This document shows positions 47,427-58,745 of a stretch of DNA of 64,000 nt, in pieces (positions within the stretch are counted from its first letter, which is position 1; each line of letters starts with the position of its first letter). The position numbers and the translations under genes are program-made. The notes under the pieces are model-generated. The model saw nothing but the letters and a program-made list of their open reading frames with translations, had not been told where the DNA came from and did not search any database. The DNA is from Paraphysomonas bandaiensis (Eukaryota > Protista > Chrysophyceae), in assembly GCA_965644295.1 (NCBI GenBank), contig CBFFRP010000002.1, positions 1-64,000 on the forward strand, given 5' to 3'.

Positions 47427-50314
47427 ATGAAGTTTGCGTACCGTTTATCGAAGATATGCGGACAGGTGTTCGAGAATGGCAATCTGATCTTCACACCAGA
47501 CGGCAACTCTGTTATCAGTCCGGTGGGGAATCGCATGAATGTGTTGGATCTGGTTAACCATAACTGCATTACTCTTCCGTTTGAGAACAAAAAAAACATA
47601 AAAAGGATCGCCATATCGAACAATGGACGGTTCATAGTCACTGTGGATGTGGATGGTCACGCGCTGTTCGTTAATTTCCCTCGTAGAGTAGTGTTAACTC
47701 GATTTCATTTTAAGAGAAGAGTATATGACATTAAGTTCTCTCCTGATGATAAGTATATAGCTGTCACATACGGGCATGGCTGTCAGCTATGGAGAACTCC
47801 AGGCATTCGTAGGGAATTCGCACCTTTGGTGTTATCCCGTCATGTAGGTGGCTTTCATGATGACGCTGTGTGCATGGATTGGAGCGGCGACTCCGACAGC
47901 CTTATAGTTGGCTCGAAAGACCTTTCTGTGCGTGTCTTTTATAGAGTGCACTCGAGAAATATGGCTACATCTGTCCTCACTGGCCACCGCGCTCGACTTG
48001 TGGGAGCGTATTACTCTCGTGACGATGACATGGTCTTCACAGTTGCGCAGGATGGCGCTGTGTTCACGTGGGAGTTTGAGTATGCTGATCGGGTTCCTTT
48101 GGTAGAGGCGTCAGCTAATGTAAGCGATGATGATGACAGCAGCGGGTCAGATGAGGAAGAGGTAGACGCACCACAGCGGACGAAACGTGGGGGTGCATGG
48201 CGGCTAAAGGAGCGTGAATTTCTCTGGGAGACACATACCGAGATATCTAGCGCAGGGTTCAACCGTAAAACTAACCTGCTGGTGATAGGATTTTCCAATG
48301 GTGTCTTTGGTCTTTACGACATGCCTGGGGCGAGCTGTGTGCACAAGCTGTCGGTGTCCCACAGTACTCTCGGCACAGTTGACATTAACTCAACAGGCGA
48401 GTGGCTGGCGGTTGGCTCTGCTGCAATGGGGCAGCTCTTAGTTTGGGAATGGCAATCGGAGTCATATGTCATCAAACAACAAGGACACCGGTATGGTTTA
48501 AATGCATTGGATTTTTCGAGCGATGGTATGCACATCGCTACTGGAGGAGAGGATGCTAAGGTTAAAGTGTGGAGTGCAACCTCAGGGTTTTGCTTTGTCA
48601 CCTTTGACAAGCATATCGGCCCTGTGACAGGGGTTAAGTTTGTTGGTCGAGGTACGGGCAAGGCGGTCATTAGCTGTTCTCTTGATGGAACGGTTCGTGC
48701 GTATGACATGCTGAGGTATCAGAACTTTCGCACGTTAACCACCCCCACCCCAGTACAGTTTACTTGCCTAGCTGTGGATTCTAGTGGCGAAATGGTGTGT
48801 GCTGGTGCCTTGGACCCGTTCCAAATATTCGTGTGGTCACTGCAGACGGGGAAGCTGTTGGATGTGCTGTCTGGTCACGAGGGTCCTATTGCGTGTCTCG
48901 ATTTTGCCCAGAACTCTGGTCGACTCGCCTCAGGGTCATGGGATGGTACGTTGAAGATATGGGATATTTACAAGAACGAGTGTGTTGAGACTATGGAGCA
49001 CGGATGTGATGTGATGGCTGTGGCCTTCCGCCCGGATGGGAAAGAGGTGTGCACAGGCGCCACAAATGGTATACTCTATTTCTGGGATGTAGAAAATGGT
49101 ACACAACTGTCGACCATAGAAGGTCGTCGGGATATAAGCGCCGGACGCAAGAGTACAGATGCTACCACAGCGAGCACCTCGGCACGATCCAAATACTTTA
49201 CGTCAGTCACCTACACTGCGGACGGCTCATGTGTGCTGGCGGGAAGCAAAAGCAAGTCTGTGTGCATATACGCTGTGGCCTCTGGGTCTCTCATAAAGAA
49301 GTTCGAGTTATCTCATAACAGGTCACTGGAGGGCGTGGTTCACGATATCCGAAGTGATATGTTAGTCGATGGAGTGGTAGTACCTGCAGGACACGAGTCG
49401 GATGAGGACGCAGCCGAGGGAGAGGACGACGGGCGAGACTTACTACCTGGTGCTGGAAAAGGGTCTAAGAATGATGGGTCCCGTAATACTGCCCCTGAAA
49501 TACTAACCAGTGCCGTTGGCTTCTCCGCTACTGGGAGGGAATGGGCGGCCGCCACCACTCAAGGCCTGCAAGTATTCAGCCTTGATGAGGCTATCCAATT
49601 CGCGCCTACAGACCTGGACATTGCGATTACACCTCAGGCTGTAGCAGAGGCAATTGCTCGGCATGATCATGGTCTGGCACTGAACATGGCTCTGCATTTG
49701 GGCGAGAAGAATGTGTTGAAGAAGGCCGTAGATGCTGTCGATAAGGATGCAGTTTGTCTAGTGGTGAAGTCACTTGACCATAGGATGTTGAGAAGTCTGC
49801 TGCGGTTTCTAGCTGATGAACTGGTGAAATGCTATTGAACACTCCATAGTTTATTGTATTCACCTACTCTTGTTTTGTCATTTAGGTCTCTTCCAGACAC
49901 ATTGAATACTACTTGCAATGGTGCTGGGCGCTGTTGACAACTCACGGGAAGGCTCTCCAGGGGTCGGAATCCATGAGTACACAGGAGAGTGTAAGGGCTC
50001 TCATCAGAGCGATATCCATACATGAGAGGGAGATTCTGAAGATGTGCGATGATAATCACTTCTCTCTCTCGTTTCTCAGTAACCAGTGCAAGCTTTCTGC
50101 AGTTACCGCAACAACTCGTGCAATATCTGATGGCGAGCCCACCAGAATGATAGACCAAAGTAGTCCTACCCTACCTGTCGTTTCAGGCAAAAGCAGTGTC
50201 GACGTAAGTGCTCTAGAGGAAGTGAAACCCCCAACTCGGAAGAAGAAATCCAATGAATTAGATGTCGGTAACAAGCCTAAAAAGCAGAAAAAAGAAAAGT
50301 CTAAAGCCAAATAG
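47427..50314 (+). CDS. PWP2: Periodic tryptophan protein 2 (UTP1), SSU processome WD40 protein
   Basis: FTPDGNSVISPVGNR, GQLLVWEWQSESYVIKQQGH and IEGRRDISAGR. Intron 49824-49885 leads into the Utp12-type HIEYYLQW segment. Confidence 0.95.
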
Positions 50315-50701
50315 TAAGATATCATGTGATATAACACCCTTTCTCAGTATTCGAAGAACTATATGAAGTTGCCTGTACTTTGAGAGAATTTATAGTTCCT
50401 CATACAAATAATCATCATATTTCAATTCCTGCAATTTATTGAGTATTCTCCTCTATCTCATACTTGACAAGCTAGAGTCTTGAGTGGATGAAGACATTTA
50501 CAGAATCTAGCCACTATGACCAAGCTTTGACAGTCGCTAGCTTGTTGTGAGTACGATTAGAAATTGTTCTTTTCTACCTTTTGATTTACGGCTTTACCCT
50601 TCAGGTATAATCAAAAGCCAGTAAAATTATATATAGTATATAGTCAGTACGTCAGTACATTTTTTTTCCCACCCATAGTGTGGTACAAGACGGGACGCTA
50701 A

Positions 50702-51215
50702 CAGGGTTGCGTAACAAGCAATTTTTAGCTATAGCTCGCGCAATTATTGTGTAATTAAATTAGCTACTTCTTACATCTTGTAATTATGTTATTATTACGC
50801 TATTATTGTGTAATTAGCTACAAGCACGAATAGCATCTTCAACTATGCTTGCATTACACAGAAGTCAATTAAAGTGCAAGAACAAAAGGGCCTCCAATCG
50901 ATGAGGTGTACTGATTTGCGTAGATCACTCATGTTGATTTTTGCTCTACTAAAAAGCCTGTCTACACAATTTGTAGTGGAGAAAATACGAATCAAGCAGC
51001 GGTACTTATTGTTTTTGGTGCGCTTGGTGTCTTTTCGTCAGCAAGTCGATACCATCATCTTTTTTCCGTTCTGTGCACCAGTTCTGTCCAACAGAAAACG
51101 TTTGAGCTGCGCCTTCTCAGGTCGAGTGAGAGTGTCCTCCACTCCGCTTTGGACATTAACAACAGCATTTTCAAAGGACTGCTTCATAATTATGTCCGTA
51201 TCCGCACCACGGTGG
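50702..51215 (-). mobile_element. hAT transposase C-terminal remnant with terminal CAGGG end
   Basis: Minus frames read FENAVVNVQSG..EKAQLKRF and TTNCVDRLFSRAKINMSDLRKS..LEALLFLHFN (hAT dimerisation motif), frameshifted. Terminus CAGGGTTGC at 50702; a second hAT end at 51229. Confidence 0.7.
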
Positions 51216-51906
51216 TGATTAGCACTAACAGGGTTGTGTAACAATTATTAGCAATTATATAGCAAAATATTTTGAGCAATTAAATTGCAATTATTACATA
51301 TATCAGAGTTAAGCGCTGACTCTTAAACGCCTATTGCTAATAATAGGACATTTACTACTGAGTACTTAGAAGTAGCTGCCATTAATACATTGAAACAATA
51401 TACAATATCCTGTATTCTGTACTGCAGTATCGTACAGTAAACTATTTCAATTGATAGTGGTGTGGGTTAAACAGTAAACAATATATTGCTATGACGCTGT
51501 GGGAGAAGATTATATTTATCGCTATGGAAGTAGTGATGAAGACGACGGAGGAGATTTCAGTTTTTAGTTAATTGTTATTGCTCTCCACTGCTCCATACGT
51601 CTTTCTTCATTGGGGTCGTTCAGAACACTGTGACCGACACCACAATCGATGCACCAGTACTATTTCTATGTTGTTTCGTTAGCCCATCTGTACAAATTAG
51701 AATAATGTGGTTGCTGACGAAGACAAAGCTGCATTGAGGAATTACCAAACTTTAAAACAAGCCAAGATCATTAATTACTACATACGTACGACGCGTAAGT
51801 ACAATAACCAGAGGTACAGCGTTCGCTGACAAATAAATTGTGGTTTACTCAATGGAATGAAGCTGTAGTAGAATAACATATGCTATACTATTCTATGGAT
51901 TGCACT

Positions 51907-52424
51907 TCACGCTTCATCAGAATCATCCATCCAACTATTTTCCACAACTTCTCTCACTCTTCTATTGTACTCCCTCCGATCTCTCTCATACAACTGTGAT
52001 GCTTCGCCATTCGCCGGAGATGCAGGGTTGGGATCAGACAACAAAGATTGTATTGAGGTGAGAACAGCTGCGATATCGTATATAGGCGACCACTGATTTT
52101 GGAGAATATCTAGACATATTTTACCATCGGCGTAAATGTTCGGATGAAACATATCTGTTAGGAATTTGACAGCTGGAGGTTTATTAGGATAATCCTCAGT
52201 GAATTCCAACAGCAGCTTGAAAGTTCCTCCCTCCCATGGGGTGTCAACTGGACCGAATATTATCGCCTGCCAGACCTGAATACACATCAGAGACATACCT
52301 CATTAACGCCATGTATTATTACCATAATATTATTATCCAGCGGCGCCCCTTGTATTCCAGAAGGAGGGTCGCCCTGCAGGCGTCTGAAGTCTCGCATTAA
52401 TCTTCGTCTAGCTGATGTCGACAT
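51907..52424 (-). CDS. RAD6: Ubiquitin-conjugating enzyme E2, RAD6/UBC2
   Basis: [17 protein letters not shown].., [21 protein letters not shown]. One 47-nt intron at 52276-52322. Confidence 0.96.
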
Positions 52425-53063
52425 TGCTATGAACCAGAGTATAAGTAACTAAACTATGAATACGATCACTCAACACTTAATTGTCTTAGTTCGATATTAC
52501 TCTGCTATGCTGCAGAAATATCACTATCAAGCAACTGTTGTGCTGCACGAGAATCGAATGTACCTGTGCGAGCTCTTCGAGTTGCGGTGTTGTCATCAGC
52601 TCAGTATATTAAGAAATCAGAAAGTACAGCAGCGGTATAGCACACACGGGTGCCTGCTGCTCTTGCTGCATGTGTGCATGCTTTCCCATACATATGTTAC
52701 GGGTTACGACGGCCGTATATACAGCGCTGGGGCCGGTACTGCTGCATATGTACTGCTGTATGTGTACTGCTGTATGTGTACTTGTACTTGAGTTGCTGCA
52801 CCGAAAAAAACAACTCTTTCTATATTTCGATGGGAATACAACAGAAATACCGTTCAGACTACACAGGACTACAATCAGGTATGTGATTTCGCCGTTTCAT
52901 ATTTGTGTGTGTGTGTGTGCACAGGACCGACCCACCCGCTCGTCTCGTCCAGATTGCAACAGGAAGAGTCTACAGCTTCACTTAAATAGTATGGATTGAT
53001 GGTTTCGCTAGTCATTGCTGTTGTTTAATGTTGTGTGCTGTTGTCCTTTGAATTAAGTGCACT

Positions 53064-55082
53064 ATGACTGGCGTTTGCGATCCATATGCTGCACTACCAG
53101 TGCGAAATGATAAATACGCAGCGCTTTGCACGGAACTCCATTTAGGCAATAGAAAAATAACAGAGTTGAGCGGGTTCGAAGCCTTTGTGAATTTGTCCAC
53201 GTTATGGATAAACAATAACCGTATAACGGCACTCGAGGGACTCGATAATAATATTCGCCTTAGAAACCTTCATGCTCACAACAACCGCATTAAAAAATTA
53301 GAAGGAAGTTCACTTGGGGAGTTTAAATTTCTTGAAAATTTGACGCTAAATGATAACTTTCTCGAAAATATGAGTGATGTGCTTGGTGAATTAAAATATC
53401 TCAGACATCTCAAATCTTTGGATTTATTTGGAAATCCGATTTCTCAAGAAGACAATTATCGCTTGCTTGTTCTTGGTGAAATTCCTTGGTTGAAAACATT
53501 GGATAGGAGTCCTGTAACACAAACGGAAATTCGGGACGCGAAGCGATTGCGTGTAGAGTTGAAAAAGCAAAGCAATATTAAGCTTCAAGCCAAACATCGT
53601 ACAGGAGAGAACTTGGAGCACCCACCACTCAGTGCTCGGTCAAAGACTTTTCAACACATACTACCAAGATTGAAGGAAGCTTTCAAAGCAAAGAGGGTAT
53701 TTTTGGAAAACCTCTTCTTGGAGAGTGATCCCCGTAAGACGGGAGCAGTAAGTGAGCATATATTCTATAGCGGACTGAAGATGTTTGGTATCCTCAATCT
53801 GATTACAGAAGAAGAGCTGCACTGTATCGGCTCGAAGTACAGGAAGTCATTGATGCTTACAGCCATCAGCCCAAATCACACATTATCACACGATATGGTT
53901 GACTATCGAAAATTTTGCGACGATGTGCTGCCCCCTACTCTTCGTGTGCACAATAGAGCCTTCGATGCAGCAGACTCGTGGCATATGGAGCCGGTGCCTG
54001 AGGTATCTATAACTGCGAAGGACCTCCAGCGGTATGTCCGCAAGAACAAGGCCGCCGAGAGGAAAGAGGCAGAACGAAAGAAACGTGAGGCTCTCTTTGC
54101 CCGTCGCAGTGATATGGATTCTTCTTTCACCTTTAGTGCTACAGGCAGTCGCACACTTGGAAATGATGTCATGGACCCATGGACAGTCTGTCAACTGCGG
54201 CGATTTATGGTCGAAGCTGCTCTAGAGGAAAAGACTGCAGGGGGTGGTGGGATGGAGAATAGTGTAACCTTGACCTCTCTAGCCGCACAAGGAGCTTCTC
54301 TGAGCGTCGAGTCTGTGCGTGGGATATTGAATAAGATGCAAGATATCGGAAAGACAACTTCAAGGCCTACAGAGGATGTAATTAAACTAATTTTTGGAGA
54401 GAATTCTGAACTTCCCCTTAAAGATTTATGCGAGTCATTGGGGTGTGGGGATTCTGGGCCAAACTTGGGTGGTAATGAGACTGGTTGGTCGGGAAACACA
54501 ACGAGTCGTGCCCAAACACCAAAGGTTCCTAGGAGGCACATTGTTTCCTGGCGAAACTTGACTGCAGAAGAAATGGAACATAAAGAATCAATTAGCTTTG
54601 GTAATGCCGGGGACCTAATGGACAGTCTGTTGCGCGGGGCAAACGCTGGTGGCGAGGGAGCGGAGTCAAGGCAAAAGCGATTTCTCTCGATGACTCTGCA
54701 GTCGAGTCTAGTGGGCACGCGTATGGCCGCCAGTAAACCTTTCCGTCAGCCTCCACCCCCTGACACCAGCCCAGCCAGCATCATTGGCTCGGCGCCCCGT
54801 CGTAGCGATTGCGTTGTGATACCGGCACTGAAGTCGGCGGCGCTACGTGCAGAAAAAGATCGGGAGTTGAGGAAAACACATGACTGGGACTCGCAGTTTG
54901 CATCTTTGGGGATGAAGGGTGACGTTCTGGATATTGCTCTTGCCAGAAAGAAGCGGTCTATGACAGCCGCTCCTCGAAATAACAGGACCATGACATACGA
55001 TTACAACCCCAAGCCCAGTGATAGACCAAAGAAAGGGTGGTCTAGCTCTACGGGAACCTTGATTTTCAACTCGACTACATAA
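53064..55082 (+). CDS. Leucine-rich-repeat protein (LRRC72-like N-terminus) with EF-hand-like region
   Basis: SDS22-like LRRs, LRR cap (DLFGNPISQEDNYRL..LKTLD) and EF-like DPRKTGAVSE and VDYRKFCD. Confidence 0.85.
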   Translation: MTGVCDPYAALPVRNDKYAALCTELHLGNRKITELSGFEAFVNLSTLWINNNRITALEGLDNNIRLRNLHAHNNRIKKLEGSSLGEFKFLENLTLNDNFLENMSDVLGELKYLRHLKSLDLFGNPISQEDNYRLLVLGEIPWLKTLDRSPVTQTEIRDAKRLRVELKKQSNIKLQAKHRTGENLEHPPLSARSKTFQHILPRLKEAFKAKRVFLENLFLESDPRKTGAVSEHIFYSGLKMFGILNLITEEELHCIGSKYRKSLMLTAISPNHTLSHDMVDYRKFCDDVLPPTLRVHNRAFDAADSWHMEPVPEVSITAKDLQRYVRKNKAAERKEAERKKREALFARRSDMDSSFTFSATGSRTLGNDVMDPWTVCQLRRFMVEAALEEKTAGGGGMENSVTLTSLAAQGASLSVESVRGILNKMQDIGKTTSRPTEDVIKLIFGENSELPLKDLCESLGCGDSGPNLGGNETGWSGNTTSRAQTPKVPRRHIVSWRNLTAEEMEHKESISFGNAGDLMDSLLRGANAGGEGAESRQKRFLSMTLQSSLVGTRMAASKPFRQPPPPDTSPASIIGSAPRRSDCVVIPALKSAALRAEKDRELRKTHDWDSQFASLGMKGDVLDIALARKKRSMTAAPRNNRTMTYDYNPKPSDRPKKGWSSSTGTLIFNSTT

Positions 55083-55516
55083 GTCGATATGTAATATAAT
55101 TTATGTGCCAGGTGTGTGGTTGTTTAGTTAAGTGGAGCTTACGCAAATAACACGTAATAGCTAGTTCATTATTGACATAGATGTTGTTGCGTATGTGGCG
55201 TAGTACGCAAATTCGATTAATAATTTTATTGCCCTCCAAATCGTCACACCAAATAGTTCGATACTACAGGGCTACATGCACTGTTTGTTGTTTCCGTAAC
55301 TACAGTATCAGACGATGGAGCGTCGGCTTGAAAGATTAATGCCGCAGCTGCCACTACTGACCAGGGCTGCATATCAAATAACTGTCAATTATAGAAATTG
55401 CAATAGTTGAAATGTTGAAAATGAACATCAAATCATAATTGCAATTATAATTGACTCAGCTTACTTCTAATGATTGTCAATTGATATTAAAAATACCAGC
55501 TTCTTATACTGAAAAG

Positions 55517-55777
55517 TTCCCTCAACAAAGTGGTGTTCTGGGGAATAAGTGCCGGAGAGATTCTCTCTGGGAAACTAACGTGAGCCGCAAACATAGTCAG
55601 CAGATATTATTCTTCTGCCCACTCATAGCCGAATGCTTGTGTGGTACAAGGTACACCAATAAGTGTCACTTGTGTAGACGTCTTTGGGCCCTGATGAATA
55701 AACAGGCATCCGGGAATGGGCCCACCTTAAGGGCATCCGGGACAGGGCCCACCTGAAGGGTAACTGGGGTATTGGGC
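55517..55777 (+). mobile_element. Family B element (head with internal deletion plus body), truncated at the copia LTR
   Basis: Homologous to 28419-28589 and 31039-31170. Confidence 0.75.
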
Positions 55778-56339
55778 TGTGTTAGAAAGTGACATTTTTA
55801 GTAATAAGACCTTGATAAACACTTATATAGAATATTATATAATTATGAGAGATACCATACTTCATGCATTGACGTTCACCAACTCTTTTTATCTCTACTA
55901 CACCAACCATTTCTAGTACGATCTTACATCGTCACTATCTTGTACAGTCAGTATATTTCAGTTTCATCACTACAATGGCTATCATATTATTGGTCCTCAT
56001 ACTACAGCTAGCTACTACTGTATTCTTTGAGTAACGGATATAATTCTAATATCTTGGAAACTACAGCTTTTAATTGCTCACAAACATCAAAACTCAACAC
56101 TCCCTCTCAATTCAAAGCTGTAGAACATGGCATAACTGACGGACACGCAACCACCAAAACCATACAGGACAAACAGGTGGACGTATGGCTCCGACGTTTC
56201 AGCTAGCCTCTCCGTAGACAACACGTTTATGAGCCTCTGTTTTGTTTGTATGAATTCTCTCTGATGACGTTCACAGATGACTTCTGACCTTCTCCTAGAC
56301 ATCTCTTTCTATGCTTCTCATAAATAAAGCCACACAAAG

Positions 56340-57680
56340 ATTTATTTCGTAAATATGTCTGCAGTCTGGTTATCAGTTCCAACGTGATACAATATCGCAG
56401 TGTTAAAACGTCCTTCTGGATCTACATGAATGTTCACGCACCCAGTGGTATTTGATTTCAATGTGTTTTGATCTTTTGTGGAACACTGGATTTAATGCTA
56501 GATCACGAGCACTCTGGCTATCTAAAAAGAATGGAGTGGGTTCGTACAGTCGAAGTCCCAATTCGGCCAACACCCCCCGAAGCCACACCAGTTCTTGCAT
56601 GCCAGCGTACATAGCTTGGTACTCACTCTGCATTGAAGACGTAGACACAGTAACTTGTAAGATTGATTGCCAGGTGAGTGGTCCACCTGCTGCAAACACA
56701 ATGTATCCAGTTGTCGACCTTCGTGACACAGTATCGCCTGCCCAGTCAGCATCTGTGAAAATATGCATGTCAAAGCTCTTACCACTGAACCGAATACCTT
56801 TCCGCACAGTACCCCTGATGTATTGTAACAAATAAGTCATCAGCTTGCATGTAGCCTTTTTGTAGGTTTCGAAGCATATCTCGACAATAGGCCAACAGCA
56901 TATACGCAATATCTGGACGCGTATTCATTGATAGATATAGCATGGCACCTAGTAAGCTACGATAGGTATAATTGTCTACTCCCTCTTCCTCCTGAGATGT
57001 GTTCTCACTATATCAGTGCAATTAATCCTATCCATGGCATCTACAGGTAGTGGAGATTTGCGAACTTTGTTTGAAGGTCCAAGGAATGCTGCATATTTGG
57101 TGAGAATTTTTTCAGCGTATGTCGATTGGTCAAGTTGAATATAATTCTTGGTCCTTGTAACTCGAACGTTGAGAAAATGCTCTATTTCTCCCATGTCTGA
57201 CCATGTCAAATCTTTCACAAAACCGTTTCTTGATTTCTGTCAAAATGGTCAGATTCGCACAAGCGATTACTATATCATCAACGTATATAGTTAAGTACAC
57301 ACGATGACCATTGTACATCATATAATATAGACATGGTTCTAGAATGCAGGGTTTGAATCCCAAAGACTTTATAAATCCATGTATGGTCTTCCACCATGAA
57401 CGTGGAGAACTCCGAAGGCCATATAGTGAGCGATATAGTTTGAAACAGTGTCCTCTGGTGGCAACTGAAAATCGGGAGGAGGGTCCATGTACACGTCTCC
57501 TTCGATTTTAGCATAGCAGTATGCGTTCGACACGTCAAGTTGATGGATGTGCATATTGAACATGAAAGCAAGGGCAATGATTAGTCTAACCGTCATCGAT
57601 TTCACCACAGGAGCAAATGTATTTTCAACATCTATACCTGACCTTTGACCATATCCCAGAGCAACCAGACGAGCTTTTAG
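56340..57680 (-). pseudogene. Copia reverse transcriptase / RNase H, frameshifted
   Basis: QLDVSNAY, YVDD, DADWAGD and FHKRSKHIEIKYHWVRE are spread over several frames. Confidence 0.92.
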
Positions 57681-58600
57681 TCAAATTGGCGTAACACCAA
57701 AATTGGTGTTAAACTTAGTCCAGCGGTTGAAAAAACTAGTTTTTTAATACATAGAATGCTGATAAGTGCATATACAGCATTTACGTGAACTATTGCCTCG
57801 TCAACGAAGTCGTCCTCTCAGTTACTCCTCCTCTCCCAAGCGAGCATCACAAAGCCGAATGTTGCTTGCACCAGCTTAACATGAACATATGGTGTGTTTT
57901 ATAAACAGTGCTACATATATGCATATATATGCACAGATACCTTGCCAAGACTCCACTGCACGACACACACCTCATGGTATTGTATGACTAATGGCTGGAT
58001 TGCTGGACCCACTGTACGACACACACCTCATGATGGTACTGTATTCACAGCTTCATGGACTCCTCCTCCCCATAACATTCACAGGGGACTCATCGCTATA
58101 TATTTGTAAGCTATACATAGGCTCGATAAGCATAGACGTACACCTGTGTTAAGTAGATATGTATATATGGGCTTATTATTATGTTTGAATGTTTGTTTGG
58201 ATGCTTTGTAAGCCACTAATATATTGTGTGATGTGAGATGGTATCTTAGACAGTCACAGTGTGTAATCAATGGATATAAAAACGACTAGGTTGAGTATCA
58301 ACATTGAGTAGGTTGAGTCATTTATTACTTTGAGTAAGTGTGACTAGGTAATTCAACCATTTTAACTAGGTTGAATAATATTTTCCTATGTTTTTACGCA
58401 TAAACCGCCGCGTCTGGAATGAAATGACAGTTGAGGTAGCTATATTGGCATCTAATCTAGCTTAGTACTAATTAATTGCAATTAATTGCAGTTAGTTGCA
58501 ATAATTGAAATTTAGACAGCAAGTAATAATTGTAATTATAATTGACTACAACCTTTGTCAATTAATTGACGATAAATTAATACGCAGCCCTGCTAATAAT
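57681..58600. mobile_element. Non-copia insertion(s) with hAT-like ends replacing the IN-RT linker
   Basis: CAGCGGTT at 57721 and AACCGCCG at ~58410. An AATTG-rich end finishes GCAGCCCTG at 58592. Confidence 0.55.
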
Positions 58601-58745
58601 GAAACGTTCTTAAGTATCAGACAGCATATACTGAAGTTGAGAGTGGGGCATGAAATGAAACGAGTAGAACTTGGCTGCGGAAGAACTACAGCATGAAGAA
58701 CCTTGAATTATTTGATAAGTCAGGGACTGAACCTCCTGGGACGTA

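Noticed and set aside
55691-55720. CTGATGA as a hammerhead ribozyme core
   Set aside because: No stem II followed by GAAA, and the motif is not conserved in the homologous copy near 31100.
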